This document shows positions 1-10,372 of a DNA stretch of 64,000 bases, piece by piece. The translations under genes and the position numbers were made by a program. Numbering within the stretch: the first letter of the stretch is position 1; each line of letters starts with the position of its first letter. This DNA is from an uncultured cyanobacterium (GTDB lineage: Bacteria; Cyanobacteriota; Cyanobacteriia; Cyanobacteriales; CAWCAG01). The DNA lies in assembly GCA_963793425.1 (NCBI GenBank), contig CAWCAG010000005.1, positions 448,001 to 512,000 on the forward strand. Reading direction: 5' to 3'. The notes under the pieces are model-generated. The model saw only the letters and a program-made list of their open reading frames with translations. It was not told where the DNA came from and did not search any database.

Positions 1-7
1 ATAATTA

Positions 8-1741
8 ATGGCAACAGTAAATCATATCTTTGTTTTAGACATCACCACTGTGCTAGGCTCATCAGCAGTAGGAGGTTTTATTGCCTATCATCTACGCCAG
101 CCTGTTTTATTAGGTTATCTGGTTTGTGGTTTGATAATTGGTCCATTTGGCTTGGGTTTAATTACTCAAATAGAAGAGATAAAATCCTTAGCTGAAATTG
201 GTGTTGCTTTTTTGCTTTTTGCTTTGGGAGTAGAGTTTTCCCTGGCTGAGTTAAAACGGGTTAAAGATATTGCCATCAAAGGTAGCCTCTTACAAATTGG
301 GCTGACTATTGCCCTAGTAGCATTGTTCACCACTATGTTGGGTTGGGTTCAAACTCCGGTAGAAGGAATTTTTATGGGGGCTGTATTATCTCTATCTTCT
401 ACCGCCGTTGTGCTGAAAACTTTGACCGAAAGAGGAGAAGTTAATACTATTCATGGTCAGGTAATGTTGGCAGTCCTAATTGCCCAAGATTTAGCTTTAG
501 GATTAATGTTGGCAGTATTACCAGCCCTCAATCAACCAGAGAATCTAATTCCTGCTTTAGTGGCTGCAATAATTAAAGTAGTATTGTTTTTTCTTAGTGC
601 GATCGCTGCTGGGTATTGGCTTATTCCTCGCATCATGACTACTGTTGCCAAAACTGAAAATAGTGAGTTATTTTTATTGACGGTAATTGCTTTATGTTTA
701 GGTGTAGCATTGATAACTGCTAGCTTAGGCTTATCCATTGAAATGGGTGCGTTTGTAGCTGGGCTAACTATCTCCGAAATTGATTATTCAGACCAAGCCT
801 TAGCAAAAATGATTCCCTTAAGAGATACTTTTGCTAGTTTATTTTTTGCCTCTATTGGTATGTTAATTAATCCGAATAGTCTCTGGGGAAATTTGGGCAT
901 AATCATTGGGTTTGTCACCCTGGTAATGTTAGGTAAAGCTAGCATTGTGTTTCCCATTATTTGGAAGTTTGGCTATTCTTTTAAAACTGCTGTAATTGCT
1001 AGTTTGGGTTTAAATCAAATTGGAGAATTTTCTTTTGTTTTAGCATTGTTGGGGGAAAGGCTTGGCTTTATTAATCAAGAACAATATGATCTTCTCATCG
1101 GTACAACAGCAATAACTCTGGTTTTAACTCCCATTGGCATGAAATTCTCTCCAGAAATCGCCCAAAAACTAGCAACCATCCCCATAATTGCTAATTATTT
1201 GGAAAGGCAACAACAAAATAGACCCATGTCCATACCTAAAACTATTTGCAATCATATAGTGGTAGCAGGTTACGGGAGAGTTGGTAGAGTTATTGTCAAG
1301 GTATTAAGCGATCGCGGTTATCCTCTATTAGTTATTGAAAATAGTGAGGCTGGAATTAGGCGTTTACGTCAAGAAGAAATCCCTTATATTTTTGGGGATG
1401 CTGATTCTGAGATGGTTTTGAGTAAATGTCATTTAGACCAGGCTAAAGCTTTAGCAATCGCCTTACCCGATCCTTCTAGTACCCGTATTTTGCTCATGCA
1501 AGCCCTAAAAATCAATTCTAAAATAGATATAGTTGCCCGTTCACATAGTGACAAAGAAATCGATTTCTTAACCAAAATAGGGGCAAATGAAGTAGTACAA
1601 CCTGAGTTTGAAGCAGCCTTAGAAATGGGTAGACAAATTCTTAGTACTCTAGGAGAAAATGAAGAAGAAGTAGGTTCAGTTTTGCAAACAATTCGCACAG
1701 ATCGTTATCTCAGCGTTAGAGATACTTCCCAAAAAGATTAA
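8..1741 (+). CDS. CPA2-family cation:proton antiporter with C-terminal TrkA-N/KTN domain (KefB/C-like)
   Basis: Many TM helices, LSLSSTAVV and GAFVAG motifs, C-terminal Rossmann VVAGYGRVG. Confidence 0.9.
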   Translation: MATVNHIFVLDITTVLGSSAVGGFIAYHLRQPVLLGYLVCGLIIGPFGLGLITQIEEIKSLAEIGVAFLLFALGVEFSLAELKRVKDIAIKGSLLQIGLTIALVALFTTMLGWVQTPVEGIFMGAVLSLSSTAVVLKTLTERGEVNTIHGQVMLAVLIAQDLALGLMLAVLPALNQPENLIPALVAAIIKVVLFFLSAIAAGYWLIPRIMTTVAKTENSELFLLTVIALCLGVALITASLGLSIEMGAFVAGLTISEIDYSDQALAKMIPLRDTFASLFFASIGMLINPNSLWGNLGIIIGFVTLVMLGKASIVFPIIWKFGYSFKTAVIASLGLNQIGEFSFVLALLGERLGFINQEQYDLLIGTTAITLVLTPIGMKFSPEIAQKLATIPIIANYLERQQQNRPMSIPKTICNHIVVAGYGRVGRVIVKVLSDRGYPLLVIENSEAGIRRLRQEEIPYIFGDADSEMVLSKCHLDQAKALAIALPDPSSTRILLMQALKINSKIDIVARSHSDKEIDFLTKIGANEVVQPEFEAALEMGRQILSTLGENEEEVGSVLQTIRTDRYLSVRDTSQKD

Positions 1742-1748
1742 ATAGTGA

Positions 1749-2843
1749 TTATTGGAAGCAACCTTCAATAACTTTCTGCAATAATTCTGGTGTAACTTGA
1801 TCAGTGATAGTTACCTCACCAATTGCCGTAGGTAAGACAAAGCGAACTTTCCCTGCTTTCACTTTCTTGTCACTTTGCAAAGCCGCAATAATTCCTTGAC
1901 TATCTAACCGCTTAGGAATTGTGGTTGGCAAACCAACTTTCGCAATTAACTCATTTTGTCGCTGACTGTCTTCTGGGTTCCACATCTGCATCTTCGTCGC
2001 GATCGCCCCTGCTGCTACCATACCTATAGCTACTGCCTCACCGTGGTTAACAGTTTTATAGGCCGTTAAACTTTCAACTGCGTGACCGATGGTATGACCA
2101 TAGTTTAAAATAGCTCTGATGCCTGCTTCTTTTTCATCTTGACTGACTACATCAGCTTTCGCTTGACAAGAACGCATCAGGATAGTTTGCAGCATTTCTG
2201 TATTGATATTTTCTAATCTATCTAGACTCTTGCTTGCTTCTAATTGGTTAAATAAATCTGCATCCCAAATTACGCCGTATTTAATAACTTCCGCCATACC
2301 TGCACGAAATTCTCTGATGGTCAAAGTTGCTAAAACTTGAGGATCGATAACTACTAATTTCGGTTGATAAAATGCCCCAATTAAGTTTTTACCTTGGGGA
2401 TGGTTAACTCCTGTTTTCCCACCCACCGAAGCATCTACCATTGCTAATAAGGAGGTGGGGACTTGCACGAAGTTAATTCCTCTTAACCATGTGGCTGCTG
2501 CAAACCCAGTCATATCACCAACTACACCTCCACCCAACGCTAGCAAAGTGGAGGAACGTTCGAGATTTTTTTCTAAGGCGATGTTGTAGAGTTTTTCTAT
2601 AGAACTGAGATTTTTAAATTGTTCTCCGGCAGGCAAGAGGTAGTGAAAAACTTGGAAACCATTTGATTCAAGGGAGTTGAGAATTGTGTTGCCGTAATGG
2701 GCAAAAATTTCTGGGTTGGAAACAATTAAGACTTTTTTCCCTAACCCCAGGGATTGCATCAATTCTCCTACCTGGGGCAAAATACCAGGAGCGATCGCAA
2801 TTTTATAAGAGTTCTGAGGTAAATTAACAGTAATATCGGTCAT
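1749..2843 (-). CDS. aroB: 3-dehydroquinate synthase
   Basis: [35 protein letters not shown] motifs. Confidence 0.97.
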   Translation of the reverse strand: MTDITVNLPQNSYKIAIAPGILPQVGELMQSLGLGKKVLIVSNPEIFAHYGNTILNSLESNGFQVFHYLLPAGEQFKNLSSIEKLYNIALEKNLERSSTLLALGGGVVGDMTGFAAATWLRGINFVQVPTSLLAMVDASVGGKTGVNHPQGKNLIGAFYQPKLVVIDPQVLATLTIREFRAGMAEVIKYGVIWDADLFNQLEASKSLDRLENINTEMLQTILMRSCQAKADVVSQDEKEAGIRAILNYGHTIGHAVESLTAYKTVNHGEAVAIGMVAAGAIATKMQMWNPEDSQRQNELIAKVGLPTTIPKRLDSQGIIAALQSDKKVKAGKVRFVLPTAIGEVTITDQVTPELLQKVIEGCFQ

Positions 2844-2875
2844 TTGTTTGCTAAATTGCTAACGGTATGTTCTTC

Positions 2876-2900
2876 ACTTATTACTTATTACTTATTACTT
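2876..2900. repeat. Heptamer short tandem repeat (CTTATTA x3), STRR-like
   Basis: acttattacttattacttattactt between aroB and the response regulator. Confidence 0.7.
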
Positions 2901-2908
2901 AAAAAAAC

Positions 2909-3583
2909 CTATTCCCTAAGCACATACCCAACTCCTCTTACTGTTTGAATCAAACGCTTCTCTCCTTCTGCTTCTAACTTCAAACGTAAATAGCGAATAT
3001 AAACTTCAATAATATTAGAATCTCCCATAAAATCATAACCCCAAACCCTTTCTAAAATTTGGTCGCGGGTGAGGACTTGGCGGGGATGAGAAATTAAATA
3101 GTCGAGTAAGTCAAATTCTTTAGCGGTTAATTCTATGAGGCGATCGCTGCGATAAATTTCGCGGGTACTGCGATTCAGTTTTAAGTCAGAAAATTGTAAT
3201 AAATCAGTATTTTCTTCTTGGGTACGCCGTAAGCTAGCCCTTAGCCTAGCTAGCAATTCTTCCACGCTAAAGGGTTTAACTACATAATCATCTGCTCCCG
3301 CATCCAAACCAGCTACGCGATCACTAACTTCATCTTTCGCTGTTACTAAAATTATTGGAGTTTTGTCCCCGGTGAGGCGTAGGCGACGGCAAATTTCCAA
3401 TCCAGATATTCCTGGCAACATCCAGTCGAGAATAATCAAATCAAAGTTAGTTTCCCTGGCTGTGGTTAAACCCGTTAAACCATCATTGGCAACCTCAACC
3501 TCGTAGCCTTCATATTTTAGTTCTAACTCAATAAATTGAGCTAACTTGGCTTCATCTTCAACTACTAAAATGCGGGCGTTCAT
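2909..3583 (-). CDS. OmpR/PhoB-family response regulator
   Basis: REC (LDWMLP, KPF) plus winged helix ([16 protein letters not shown]). Confidence 0.95.
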   Translation of the reverse strand: MNARILVVEDEAKLAQFIELELKYEGYEVEVANDGLTGLTTARETNFDLIILDWMLPGISGLEICRRLRLTGDKTPIILVTAKDEVSDRVAGLDAGADDYVVKPFSVEELLARLRASLRRTQEENTDLLQFSDLKLNRSTREIYRSDRLIELTAKEFDLLDYLISHPRQVLTRDQILERVWGYDFMGDSNIIEVYIRYLRLKLEAEGEKRLIQTVRGVGYVLRE

Positions 3584-3614
3584 GTTTTATAAACGTATAA
3601 GCTGGGATTTGCCA

Positions 3615-3654
3615 CAAAAACAAGTAGTGACACAGTAAATTACTGTGCCACTAC
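3615..3654 (-). terminator. Intrinsic terminator downstream of the Asp/Ser-repeat protein gene
   Basis: Hairpin gtagtgacacagtaa-a-ttactgtgccactac (3624-3654) followed on the minus strand by TTGTTTTT. Confidence 0.7.
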
Positions 3655-3703
3655 CATATCATTTCTGTGGTTGAGCTTATTGCTTTAGTTAGAAAAGATT
3701 AAT

Positions 3704-6112
3704 CTATTCTAAGGCTTGCATCTCGAAAGTAGCTGTATCAGTGTTGAAGTCTAGCTTAACAGGGAAAGCAACAGGATCATCACCATCAACTGCGGGATCA
3801 ATGGAACTAATGGTAAACTTGGTTACACCTTCGCCATCTTGAAGGGAGTTACCTAAAACTTCTTGGTAGTCGCTGAAGTCAACTTTTTGCCCAGGAGTAA
3901 ATTCTCCTAACATTTTACCATCAACAGAGACAGTGAATTTGTTGTCAGCATCAATTCCTTGGGGAAAATCGCCGATAGAAGTGAATAGAGAATCTTCAGT
4001 CATTTCATAACTATAAGCGTTTACCATCGGAGGATCACACCAAAGTCCAGTAGCTACAGCGACGAAACGGAAACGTCCCCGACTAATTCTTTGGGGTATG
4101 ACAGGGTTATCTTGAGAAGATCCAGCTTCATCATCAGAGTCACTGTCTGAATCATCATCAGAGTCACTGTCTGAATCATCATCAGAGTCACTGTCTGAGT
4201 CATCATCAGAGTCACTGTCTGAGTCATCGTCAGAATCGCTATCTGAGTCATCGTCAGAATCGCTATCTGAATCATCATCACTGCTATCTGAGTCATTGTC
4301 AGAATCGCTATCTGAATCATCACTGCTTTCTGAGTCATCGTCAGAATCGCTATCTGAATTGTCAGAATTAGAGGCTACGTCATCATCGGAACTACTGTCA
4401 TCAGAAGCGGTATCGTCAGAAGAGGTATCACCGGAACTACTGTCATCAGAAGCGGTATCGTCAGCAGCTGTATCATCGGAACTACTATCATCAGAAGAGG
4501 TATCAGTACCATCATCCGTAGAGACATCAAGATCCTCTAATTCTTCTTCAGAAAGTTGTCGCAAACCAATTAAACCGGGGAAGATACGGCTAGAAGGGCC
4601 GACTTGTTTGTAAGCAACTAAGTTAACCCGGCTGCTAGCTACACCGCGACGAGAAGCACGAGAAGCAACATAATAGCGATCGCCACCTTTTTTAACTGTT
4701 CGGATTAGTACTCGTCCTGGGCGAGAAGCTACAATATTGTATTGGTTGACAGCAACTTCAGAAGAAGTAGATAAGTTAAATATGCTGCTGCTAGCTAAAC
4801 TAACGGAATTGGAGAAGTTGAAGGTGACATTGGAGGTGTTGCTATCATCTTCACCATCATCATCAAGGTTGTTGGTACTTGCATCAACGAAGAGGAAATT
4901 AGTGCTGTTTAAATCGAATAAGAAAGCAGTGCTGATTTTGACTCCATTAACAACAGTTGCATCACAAACGTTACAACTAAACCCAGCATTGCTATCGCCA
5001 CTAACAGAGAAGAATTGATAACCGGTGGTGATGTTTTCACGCTTGAAATTACTGACTCCACCCAAGGCATAAAAATCTACTAAACCGTTTTTACCCTCGG
5101 TGCGTAGTTCTAATTTGTTGCTACCTTGCTGAAAGTCTAGTTTAGTATCTTTGCGGTCGGAAACACCACTAAAAGCAATGCCGTCAGCAGCAAATAATGA
5201 TGTGATACCAGTGCTTTCCCCGTCGATTTTAAATTTATCTATGGGTTGGGTAATATCAATTGTACCGTCTTGCTTTTTAATCTCAAAGCCATCAGGATCA
5301 CTAACAATAATATCAACTGCGCCAAACTTACCTTTGAATTTGAACTCACTTGATCCGCGAGTACCAACACTTTGAATTTGGAATTTCTTGTTGGTTTCAC
5401 CGACAAAACGTACTTCGTTGTCGCTAGGATCTAAGTCTGTACCAGCTTGAGGAGTAACATCTTCTCCTTCAAACTTATACTTAATTCTTCTGCCTACTAA
5501 AATAGGAGTAACTTGGGTAACATCGCTAGTTTCTCGAAATTCTAAATCAGGAGAAAGAGCGATCGCGCCACCAGTTAAACTAGCCGTAAAGTCTCCTATT
5601 TCTAAGTCCCCATCAGAAGGGGTAAATCCTGTCCCAGAAACGCCGCTAACTCCAGGGAGAAATACTAAGGGGGCATCAGTATCATCAGGATCAAGCAAGC
5701 TTCCGGTGATAGTTGCGAGGTTAGCAGTGAAGCTATCTACATTGAACTTTAAGCTACTTTCCACTCCGGTAAAAGGTACAACACTACCGTTGGAAGTGAA
5801 GGCTACTCCAGAAAGGGTTCCCAATAAAGTACCGCTACCTCCGACTGGAGTTGATCCTGTGGCAGTAAAGTCAGCAGCATTAGGGATGAAAACCGCACTA
5901 CTGGTCGAACCATTCGCTGTGTCTAACTGTAATTGGTTGATGCCAATATCGAAGAGTTGGACATTACCAGAAGTAGGAATAAAAAATCCTGCTTGACCAG
6001 AAGCTGCGCCTCCTGTGACATCAATTTGGGCTTGAACCCCAGGAGTTAAACTTAATGCTAAACCTCCTGCCAAACCTAAACTAAGGGCTGATCTGGTGTA
6101 TTTTTTCTTCAT
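3704..6112 (-). CDS. Secreted surface protein with long Asp/Ser repeat linker and C-terminal beta-rich domain
   Basis: Sec signal MKKK-hydrophobic-VQA; about 130 aa of D/S repeats; C-terminal QDNPVIP..WCDPP..FP..VD..DPVAFP domain of a kind I recognise from cyanobacterial extracellular proteins. Confidence 0.75.
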   Translation of the reverse strand: MKKKYTRSALSLGLAGGLALSLTPGVQAQIDVTGGAASGQAGFFIPTSGNVQLFDIGINQLQLDTANGSTSSAVFIPNAADFTATGSTPVGGSGTLLGTLSGVAFTSNGSVVPFTGVESSLKFNVDSFTANLATITGSLLDPDDTDAPLVFLPGVSGVSGTGFTPSDGDLEIGDFTASLTGGAIALSPDLEFRETSDVTQVTPILVGRRIKYKFEGEDVTPQAGTDLDPSDNEVRFVGETNKKFQIQSVGTRGSSEFKFKGKFGAVDIIVSDPDGFEIKKQDGTIDITQPIDKFKIDGESTGITSLFAADGIAFSGVSDRKDTKLDFQQGSNKLELRTEGKNGLVDFYALGGVSNFKRENITTGYQFFSVSGDSNAGFSCNVCDATVVNGVKISTAFLFDLNSTNFLFVDASTNNLDDDGEDDSNTSNVTFNFSNSVSLASSSIFNLSTSSEVAVNQYNIVASRPGRVLIRTVKKGGDRYYVASRASRRGVASSRVNLVAYKQVGPSSRIFPGLIGLRQLSEEELEDLDVSTDDGTDTSSDDSSSDDTAADDTASDDSSSGDTSSDDTASDDSSSDDDVASNSDNSDSDSDDDSESSDDSDSDSDNDSDSSDDDSDSDSDDDSDSDSDDDSDSDSDDDSDSDSDDDSDSDSDDDSDSDSDDEAGSSQDNPVIPQRISRGRFRFVAVATGLWCDPPMVNAYSYEMTEDSLFTSIGDFPQGIDADNKFTVSVDGKMLGEFTPGQKVDFSDYQEVLGNSLQDGEGVTKFTISSIDPAVDGDDPVAFPVKLDFNTDTATFEMQALE
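4128..4520 (-). repeat. Coding tandem repeat: six 24-bp units (4128-4271; DSDSDDDS) plus degenerate D/S units including 15-bp DDSSS/DDTAS
   Basis: tcatcatcagagtcactgtctga(a/g) x4 then tcatcgtcagaatcgctatctga(g/a) x2. Confidence 0.9.
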
Positions 6113-6313
6113 AACTTTGCTACTCCTTCAGGGTGAATATAGTTTTTTTGGCTAATTGTTAGTTGGAAACAGATTGTCTTGTCAAAGGATGGAAAGAATT
6201 CGCTGATTGAAGAATTTGGGAGAATTTATCCCGATGGGCTATTGAAAGCTGGGTATTTATATTGGGGAAGAAATATCAATTTGGCCCCTTAGCAACAAAA
6301 TCTACCTCTTTCA

Positions 6314-6377
6314 AAATCAGTCTTGATGGGAACCATGACAGTTCTACTTAAGGGTAGGTTCCCAAAAAGACTGATTT
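6314..6377. promoter_or_regulatory. Long intergenic inverted repeat (terminator or mRNA-stabilising hairpin) between the porin and the secreted protein
   Basis: aaatcagtctt-ga-tgggaacc ... ggttccca-aa-aagactgattt. Confidence 0.6.
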
Positions 6378-6411
6378 CTAGTACAAATACTTAACTTCGT
6401 TTCTGCTTCAT

Positions 6412-8239
6412 TTAGAAACTGAAAGTTGTCCGTATTGCACCGATGAAGATATTGTCATTTTCCGAGTTGTGGCCTGGATCAATTAAATAAATTGCCCCAG
6501 GGGTAATGCTGATGTTGTCGGAAACTTGCCAGCGATAGAATAATTCAATGTGAGTGGTAGTTCCTGGTTGATCTCCTGGCCCCGCAAAAACGTTACCTTC
6601 GTTAATAAAGCTGGGGATGTTGCGTCCGATGGGTAAATCGCTACTGGTAATTTTAGGTGGCTGACCAATATATAAACCCGCTAAGTCCCCTTCGTTTAAA
6701 AGATCATAAACGTTGAGGTAGCCCATCCAGTTGAATGTTTCGATGCTTCCTGAACTACTCACAAAGTCGGAATTGGTGAAGCCAGCCCAACCACCAACGG
6801 TAAATTTCTCATTAATACGCCAGTCTACATTAGCACCAAAAGCATCGGTGTTAATTGGCGCTCTCAAAAGTCCTGTCCCAACATTAGGAGAAAGAATGGC
6901 TAATTGGTCGTCTCCTATGCCTGTACCTAAACGCCCAAAAGGAGAGTAGGCGTTTATGTATTGTAAGGAAAGATCAATATTTTCAGTGGGAGAAACTCCC
7001 AATTGCACGCCAGCAGAGGTTTCACCATTTTCCCCACCAAATAAACCTGTATTGGGATTGTTGCCAGTGCTAGCGGAGTAAACTGCTTGTAGATTAAACT
7101 TGTCGCTTATTTGCCAGTCTACACCAAGCCCGGCACTACCACTACCTATGTTGATGATGGGGTTGCGTTGGGCGAAGCGAGAAATTGAACCTTGCCCAGC
7201 ACTTTCGATACGGTTTACTCCCCGGAAAACGTTGACGGGGTTAACGGCGGTAGGGCCAAAAATTACAGCTAAGCGATCCGTAAGCAGATGACGGAAGTTG
7301 AGATCGCTAACAACAACGTTGTTGTTGCCAGTGTTGCCTTCATAAGCAAGACTAGTAAAGTTGGTTAAAGCTGGGGGAGTGGAAGTCGTACTACCGTTTC
7401 CGGCAACCAAACCTAATAAAAGAAGGCTACGAGGGTCAAATTGAGTGATTAAGCTGAGGTTGGTGGTGCTAATAAAATTAATGTTAGTATTTTGATCCTC
7501 TAAGGGGAAAATTAAACTGGCGGAAAGAGTTCTCTGTCCTACCTTGGACACCAAAAACGCTTTGACCAAAGAGTTTGGTGGTGGTGGAAAATTGAGTTGC
7601 TTCTATATCAATGAGGCGGGCTTCTACTGCGTCTACGTTGCCCCGCAAAACCGCAAGTTCGGTGGCAAATTCTTCGACTAATCTTTGATAGGTGTTGCCA
7701 TCGGAACCCTCGAAGCTTGGTAAGTTGGTTTCAAAGTATTCCATGCAACGACTCAAAGCCGCAGCAAATTCGTAGCGAGTGATGTTTCGTTGCCCCTTAA
7801 ATGTGCCATCAGGATAGCCAACAATACAGCCATATTTATCGACCATCTTTTGCACGGCTTCAAACCAGAAAGGATCGATGTCGCTTAGTTGGTTAACGCT
7901 GGTTACTTGTTCGAGGGGGATTTCTTCATTGTTATAAATGCGGATTTGGTCAAGAATTTCTTGTTCTTTAGCACCTTCAACTCCTGAGTCTTGGGGCAGA
8001 AATTCTGTTTCTACTGGTGCAATAGGCTCTGAGTTTAATTCAGGATCAACTAAATCTTGAACTAAAAACTGCGACTCTTGTTCTGATTCTAATGAGTCTT
8101 CCGGTAAGATTGCTGCTTCAGAAATATCTGCTGCCTGAACGGATTTGGCCCCCATTAGACCTAACACTGTTAATAACAGAACCGAGAAAGTATGCAGGGA
8201 AAAATAGGATTTCAACTTCATGGCATCTAAACTCCTCAA
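6412..8239 (-). CDS. SLH-domain outer-membrane porin (OprB/iron-uptake porin family), split by a +1 frameshift near 7505
   Basis: ORF 7484-8239 has QVTSVNQLSD, SLH YGCIVGYPDGTF..TRYEFAA and QFSTTTKL; ORF 6412-7569 ends in IRTTFSF; removing one base from the GGGG/AAAA run at 7504-7511 fuses them. Confidence 0.9.
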
Positions 8240-8443
8240 AACACCTAAGTTTTTATCTTATCCTGCATTTTGATCAAGTCTAGGGATTTTTAGATAAATG
8301 CAAAGTAATTTCCTGATAACTACGCAATTAATGTTTTTCTATAGGGGAAGTCTTTCTTTTACAAGGGTATATACGCAAAAAAATATTGCTGTTGATTTTG
8401 TTTTTTGTTTTGGGAACTTTAAGTTTAAAAACTCGTCTTTACT

Positions 8444-8824
8444 TTATTCTAAACCAATAATTTGCAATGATTTATCTAATACTTCATCAGGATCAAAAGG
8501 TTTGGTCATATATAAATCTGCTCCTACTTCTATGCCCTTTTGCTTGTCGAATTCCTGCCCTTTAGCGGTTAGCATGATGATGTAAATACCTTTTAATTGC
8601 AGTTCTTTTTTAACTGTTTTACAAACATCAAAACCATTCATTTTTGGCATCATCACATCTAAAAAAACTAACTGAGGAAGTTCTGTTTTAATCTTTTCTA
8701 AAGCTTCCTCTCCATTGCTAGCCATCAACAACTCAACACCTTCATCTTCTAATTCTTCTAAAGTTTGTTCGAGGAGTAATCTGATATGGGGTTCGTCATC
8801 GGCAATTAATATTTTCTGCTCCAT
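8444..8824 (-). CDS. Single-domain response regulator
   Basis: ADDE, LDVMMP, LTAKG, KPF. Confidence 0.93.
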   Translation of the reverse strand: MEQKILIADDEPHIRLLLEQTLEELEDEGVELLMASNGEEALEKIKTELPQLVFLDVMMPKMNGFDVCKTVKKELQLKGIYIIMLTAKGQEFDKQKGIEVGADLYMTKPFDPDEVLDKSLQIIGLE

Positions 8825-8848
8825 ATCCCTAGCTCCTTGGCAGTTGAG

Positions 8849-10282
8849 TCAGTATTTAACTTCAAATACTTCTATAGCATTTTTTTTACCTTTCACTTTA
8901 ACTATGCCAAAATTTTCAAAGTCAAAAGTATCTTTAGTTACATCATAAATGCTACGGCTAACTAAAATTTGTCCTCCTTTAGCTAAAGATTGCAACCGAG
9001 AAGCGATGTTAACTTCATCACCGATGGCTGTATAGTCCATATGTTTAGGAGAACCAATGTTACCTACTACTACCTTACCAGAGCTAATACCAATTCCTGT
9101 AGGAAAGTTCTTTCTGATCCAAACTTCGGGGATGGTTTGGATGCGTTTTTGCATATCAATGGCTGTGGCGATCGCTTTTTGTTCTGTGTTGAGAGTGCTA
9201 GAAGGAGCGCCAAAAAAGGCGACAATCATGTCCCCGACTAATTTGTTAACTGTACCTTGATGGTCAAAAATCACATCTACCATGTGGGTGAAATATTCAT
9301 TCAAATAAGCAACTATTCTTTCTGGGGCTAGTTCTTCACATTTGCCAGTAAAGTTTCTAATATCAGAAAATAAAATGGAGACATCTTTTTTATTAGGTTC
9401 GAGGCTAATTCCTTCTTTATCTGATAAAATAGTTTGCACAACTTGAGAAGTAACGTAACGCTCTAAATTATTTTTGATCCGCTCTTCTTTGAGCTTATTT
9501 TTATGCAAAAGAGCGTTTTCAATGGCAGTAGCAGCTTGAGAAGAAATAGCGGCAAGCAATTTTAAGTCTGCTGCTGTGTATTGAACATTTTGAGTGCTAC
9601 AAAGATTAATCGCCCCAATTGGTAAATCTTTAGCTTTTAAAGGAGCGCAAATTAAAGATGCTGTTTCGTGATGATAAGGCAGATAGCGAGAGTCTGCGAC
9701 AACATCGTTAACAATTTCTGCTTTCCCTGTTTTGGCTACATAACCGGCAATACCTTCTCCTAATTGGATATTAGTTTTCAGGAAAGATTCATCCCCCGCC
9801 GTGGCGACAATTTCTAGCTCTTGTTTTTTAGGGTTGAGCAACATAACTGAGCCACTTGTAGCTTTGATAATTGTCATTGCCTCGTTAAGTATCAATTTGG
9901 CAATTTCTTCAAGTTCTAAACTCGCAGAGAGTTTTTCTGAGAGTTTATAAATTAGATTTAGTTCTTTATATCTGTCTAAAGTTTCCCCCGCTAAAGCTTT
10001 TTTTTCTAGTTCTTGACGGGCGAAACAAGTAAGCAAGTTGGCTAAAAAGCTAATGTCTTGTTTACCGATTACCCAACCTAAAAGTTGTTCTTCAATGATA
10101 ACAGGATATTTATATAGAGAATATTTTAAATCTTCTCCCAAGATTAAATTACTTTCTGCATCTCTAATACTAACTGGAGTTGCTACTGTTTCTATAGTCT
10201 TGATTATAGTCTGCCGAACTTCTTTTTTTCCTAGCAGACGCTTAAGTTTTAAACTATTTACTTTACCTTGCCTGCTAATCAA
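8849..10282 (-). CDS. GAF-domain class III adenylate cyclase
   Basis: GAF domain; FSDIRNFT, NKLVGD, DYTAIGDEVNIASR (Lys/Thr ATP-specifying residues). Confidence 0.88.
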   Translation of the reverse strand: MISRQGKVNSLKLKRLLGKKEVRQTIIKTIETVATPVSIRDAESNLILGEDLKYSLYKYPVIIEEQLLGWVIGKQDISFLANLLTCFARQELEKKALAGETLDRYKELNLIYKLSEKLSASLELEEIAKLILNEAMTIIKATSGSVMLLNPKKQELEIVATAGDESFLKTNIQLGEGIAGYVAKTGKAEIVNDVVADSRYLPYHHETASLICAPLKAKDLPIGAINLCSTQNVQYTAADLKLLAAISSQAATAIENALLHKNKLKEERIKNNLERYVTSQVVQTILSDKEGISLEPNKKDVSILFSDIRNFTGKCEELAPERIVAYLNEYFTHMVDVIFDHQGTVNKLVGDMIVAFFGAPSSTLNTEQKAIATAIDMQKRIQTIPEVWIRKNFPTGIGISSGKVVVGNIGSPKHMDYTAIGDEVNIASRLQSLAKGGQILVSRSIYDVTKDTFDFENFGIVKVKGKKNAIEVFEVKY

Positions 10283-10372
10283 TTAGCCCCCTAATTTAAT
10301 AGTCACTATAAGAACCTCGTAAATTTAACCTGATTCATTGCTAAAGTATCATCCTCCTTGAGATAAGTTTTA

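Noticed and set aside
4128..4271. 24-bp repeats as a CRISPR array
   Set aside because: No spacers; in-frame coding tandem repeat
4054..4613. Alternative-frame ORFs (MTQ/MMIQ repeats; Ser/Glu-rich + strand ORF)
   Set aside because: Shadows of the D/S coding repeat in other frames
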